Origin: Octopus bimaculoides
Taxonomy: Eukaryota
Reading direction: 5' to 3'
Length of the DNA stretch: 33,062 nt
Assembly (NCBI RefSeq): GCF_001194135.2
Contig: NC_068994.1
Location: forward strand, 21,838,504-21,871,565
Below are positions 31,735 through 33,062 of this stretch, one piece after another. Numbering within the stretch: the first letter of the stretch is position 1; each line of letters starts with the position of its first letter. The position numbers and the translations under genes are program-made. The notes beneath the pieces are model-generated. The model saw only the letters and a program-made list of their open reading frames with translations, was not told where the DNA came from and made no database searches.

Positions 31735-32875
31735 TGAAACTCTCTGCAATGGGTGTAAGAGATGATCTCTATAACTGGTTGAAGTCTTTTATTATCGGCT
31801 GAAAAGAACACTCTTCACCCTATGAGATGACATCTGGTGTACCACAGGGATCTGTTCTTGGCCCCCTTCTATTTGTTGCATATATTAATGATATAGATGC
31901 CAACTTAAAGAATGCCACAGTGCTGAAATATGCAGATGACATCAAGCTGTACCTCGAAATAAAAAGGACAGATCCTGTGCCCTATAGATCTTTATTGCAA
32001 TCAAACCTGGACATGATCCAGCAATGGATTATGGACTGGCAACTCAAGCTGGCTGTGGACAAATGTACCACCATGCATTTTGGGAGGAAAAACCCAGCGT
32101 CTACTTACTACCTCCACAACACTAATCTCAAGAAGTCTTCTTGCCAACATGACCTGGGCATTATTGTTGACAGCAATTTGCATTGGATAAAACACATTGC
32201 TAAAATTGCCAAGAAGGCTGAGGGTGTCTTGGCATCACTTACCAAGTCTTTTGTGAGCCGCTCTCTGGCTATCTATCTGAGGCTTTATATAGTTATGGTG
32301 CGACCTCACCTGGAATTTGCATCTCTGGTCTGAAACCCCTATCTTGCCCAGGATATTAATCATCTGGAAACCGTTCAGTGACATGCAACCAAGAGAATAC
32401 CCTCCATCAGGCATTTGCCATATTCGGAATGCCTTACTTCCCTGGGTATGGATACATTGAAATTCTGACATCTGGCAGCTGACTTGGCAGACGCCCATAA
32501 AATTATTAACCATCTTACTAACAATAACTCTGAGCACCTTTTCAAACACCACCCGTCTAACACCCGTGGAATATGTTTACAAAGTCAGAAAGTAGCACAG
32601 CTCCTGTGACTTTCGGAAACACTTTTTCACGCTAAGAGTTGCTGAAGTATGGAACAAACTGCCGGCATCCTTCAAAACTTCCATGCTTCCTGAGATTCAC
32701 CAACACTACGCCTGATTTTCTCCCCTCCATACACACACAAGCATATATCTGACTCATACACTGTTCACTTTCCAGGCATTTGTACAGTACTGCATATGCT
32801 TTATGCACACTTTTGACAAGTTGTAGTGCACCTGAGCATTGTATACAATAATTTCATTATTATTGTTATTATTAA
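31735..32875 (+). mobile_element. 5'-truncated CR1-type LINE (RT C-terminal part, 3' UTR, (ATT)n tail)
   Basis: SGVPQGSVLGPLLF..YINDI...KYADDIKL...DKC..MHFG...DLGIIVD...VRPHLEFAS, then RV...WNKLP. ATT repeats lie at ~32851-32875. Confidence 0.92.
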
Positions 32876-33062
32876 ATAATAATTATACATTTTATACATT
32901 CAGTTTATTACACAGAAAGTTAAACTATGTTACCAACTGAGATTATTAACAATCTCAACATCTACACACTTCTCATATGAGTGCAGAATGTTTCCATGTA
33001 ATTGGGATGAAAAGAATAAATGAAAACAAAAACAAGGAAAAAATTTATGTTTGTTTATTCAT

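Overview
AT-rich, repeat-dense eukaryotic DNA with five N-gaps (2705-3362, 4393-4876, 8250-8259, 9083-9248, 25780-26336). The repeat repertoire (tRNA/CORE/Nin-type SINEs, RTE, R4/Dong, Penelope-like elements, (TATG)n) suggests a cephalopod, probably Octopus; this is inference. There is one host gene: an uninterrupted ~1042-aa C2H2 zinc-finger CDS on the minus strand (14291-17419). It carries three dispersed 3-finger cassettes with nearly the same recognition code and is flanked on both sides by dead finger remnants absent from the ORF track. The rest is nested transposon material. Two apparently complete small non-autonomous LTR elements have 4-bp TSDs and a covarying terminal hairpin, and one has a 32-nt tRNA-Trp-complementary PBS region. 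A family of ~1.2-kb TGT...ACA units has a Pol II promoter core, and one copy has long inverted termini. Also present are a minimal hammerhead ribozyme with an intact core, hAT and piggyBac MITEs, a split hAT transposase fossil, a Gypsy integrase-PPT-LTR end, Penelope-like, RTE, R4 and CR1/L2-group fragments. No CRISPR, rRNA or complete tRNA gene is supported. All alignments and counts were done by eye.
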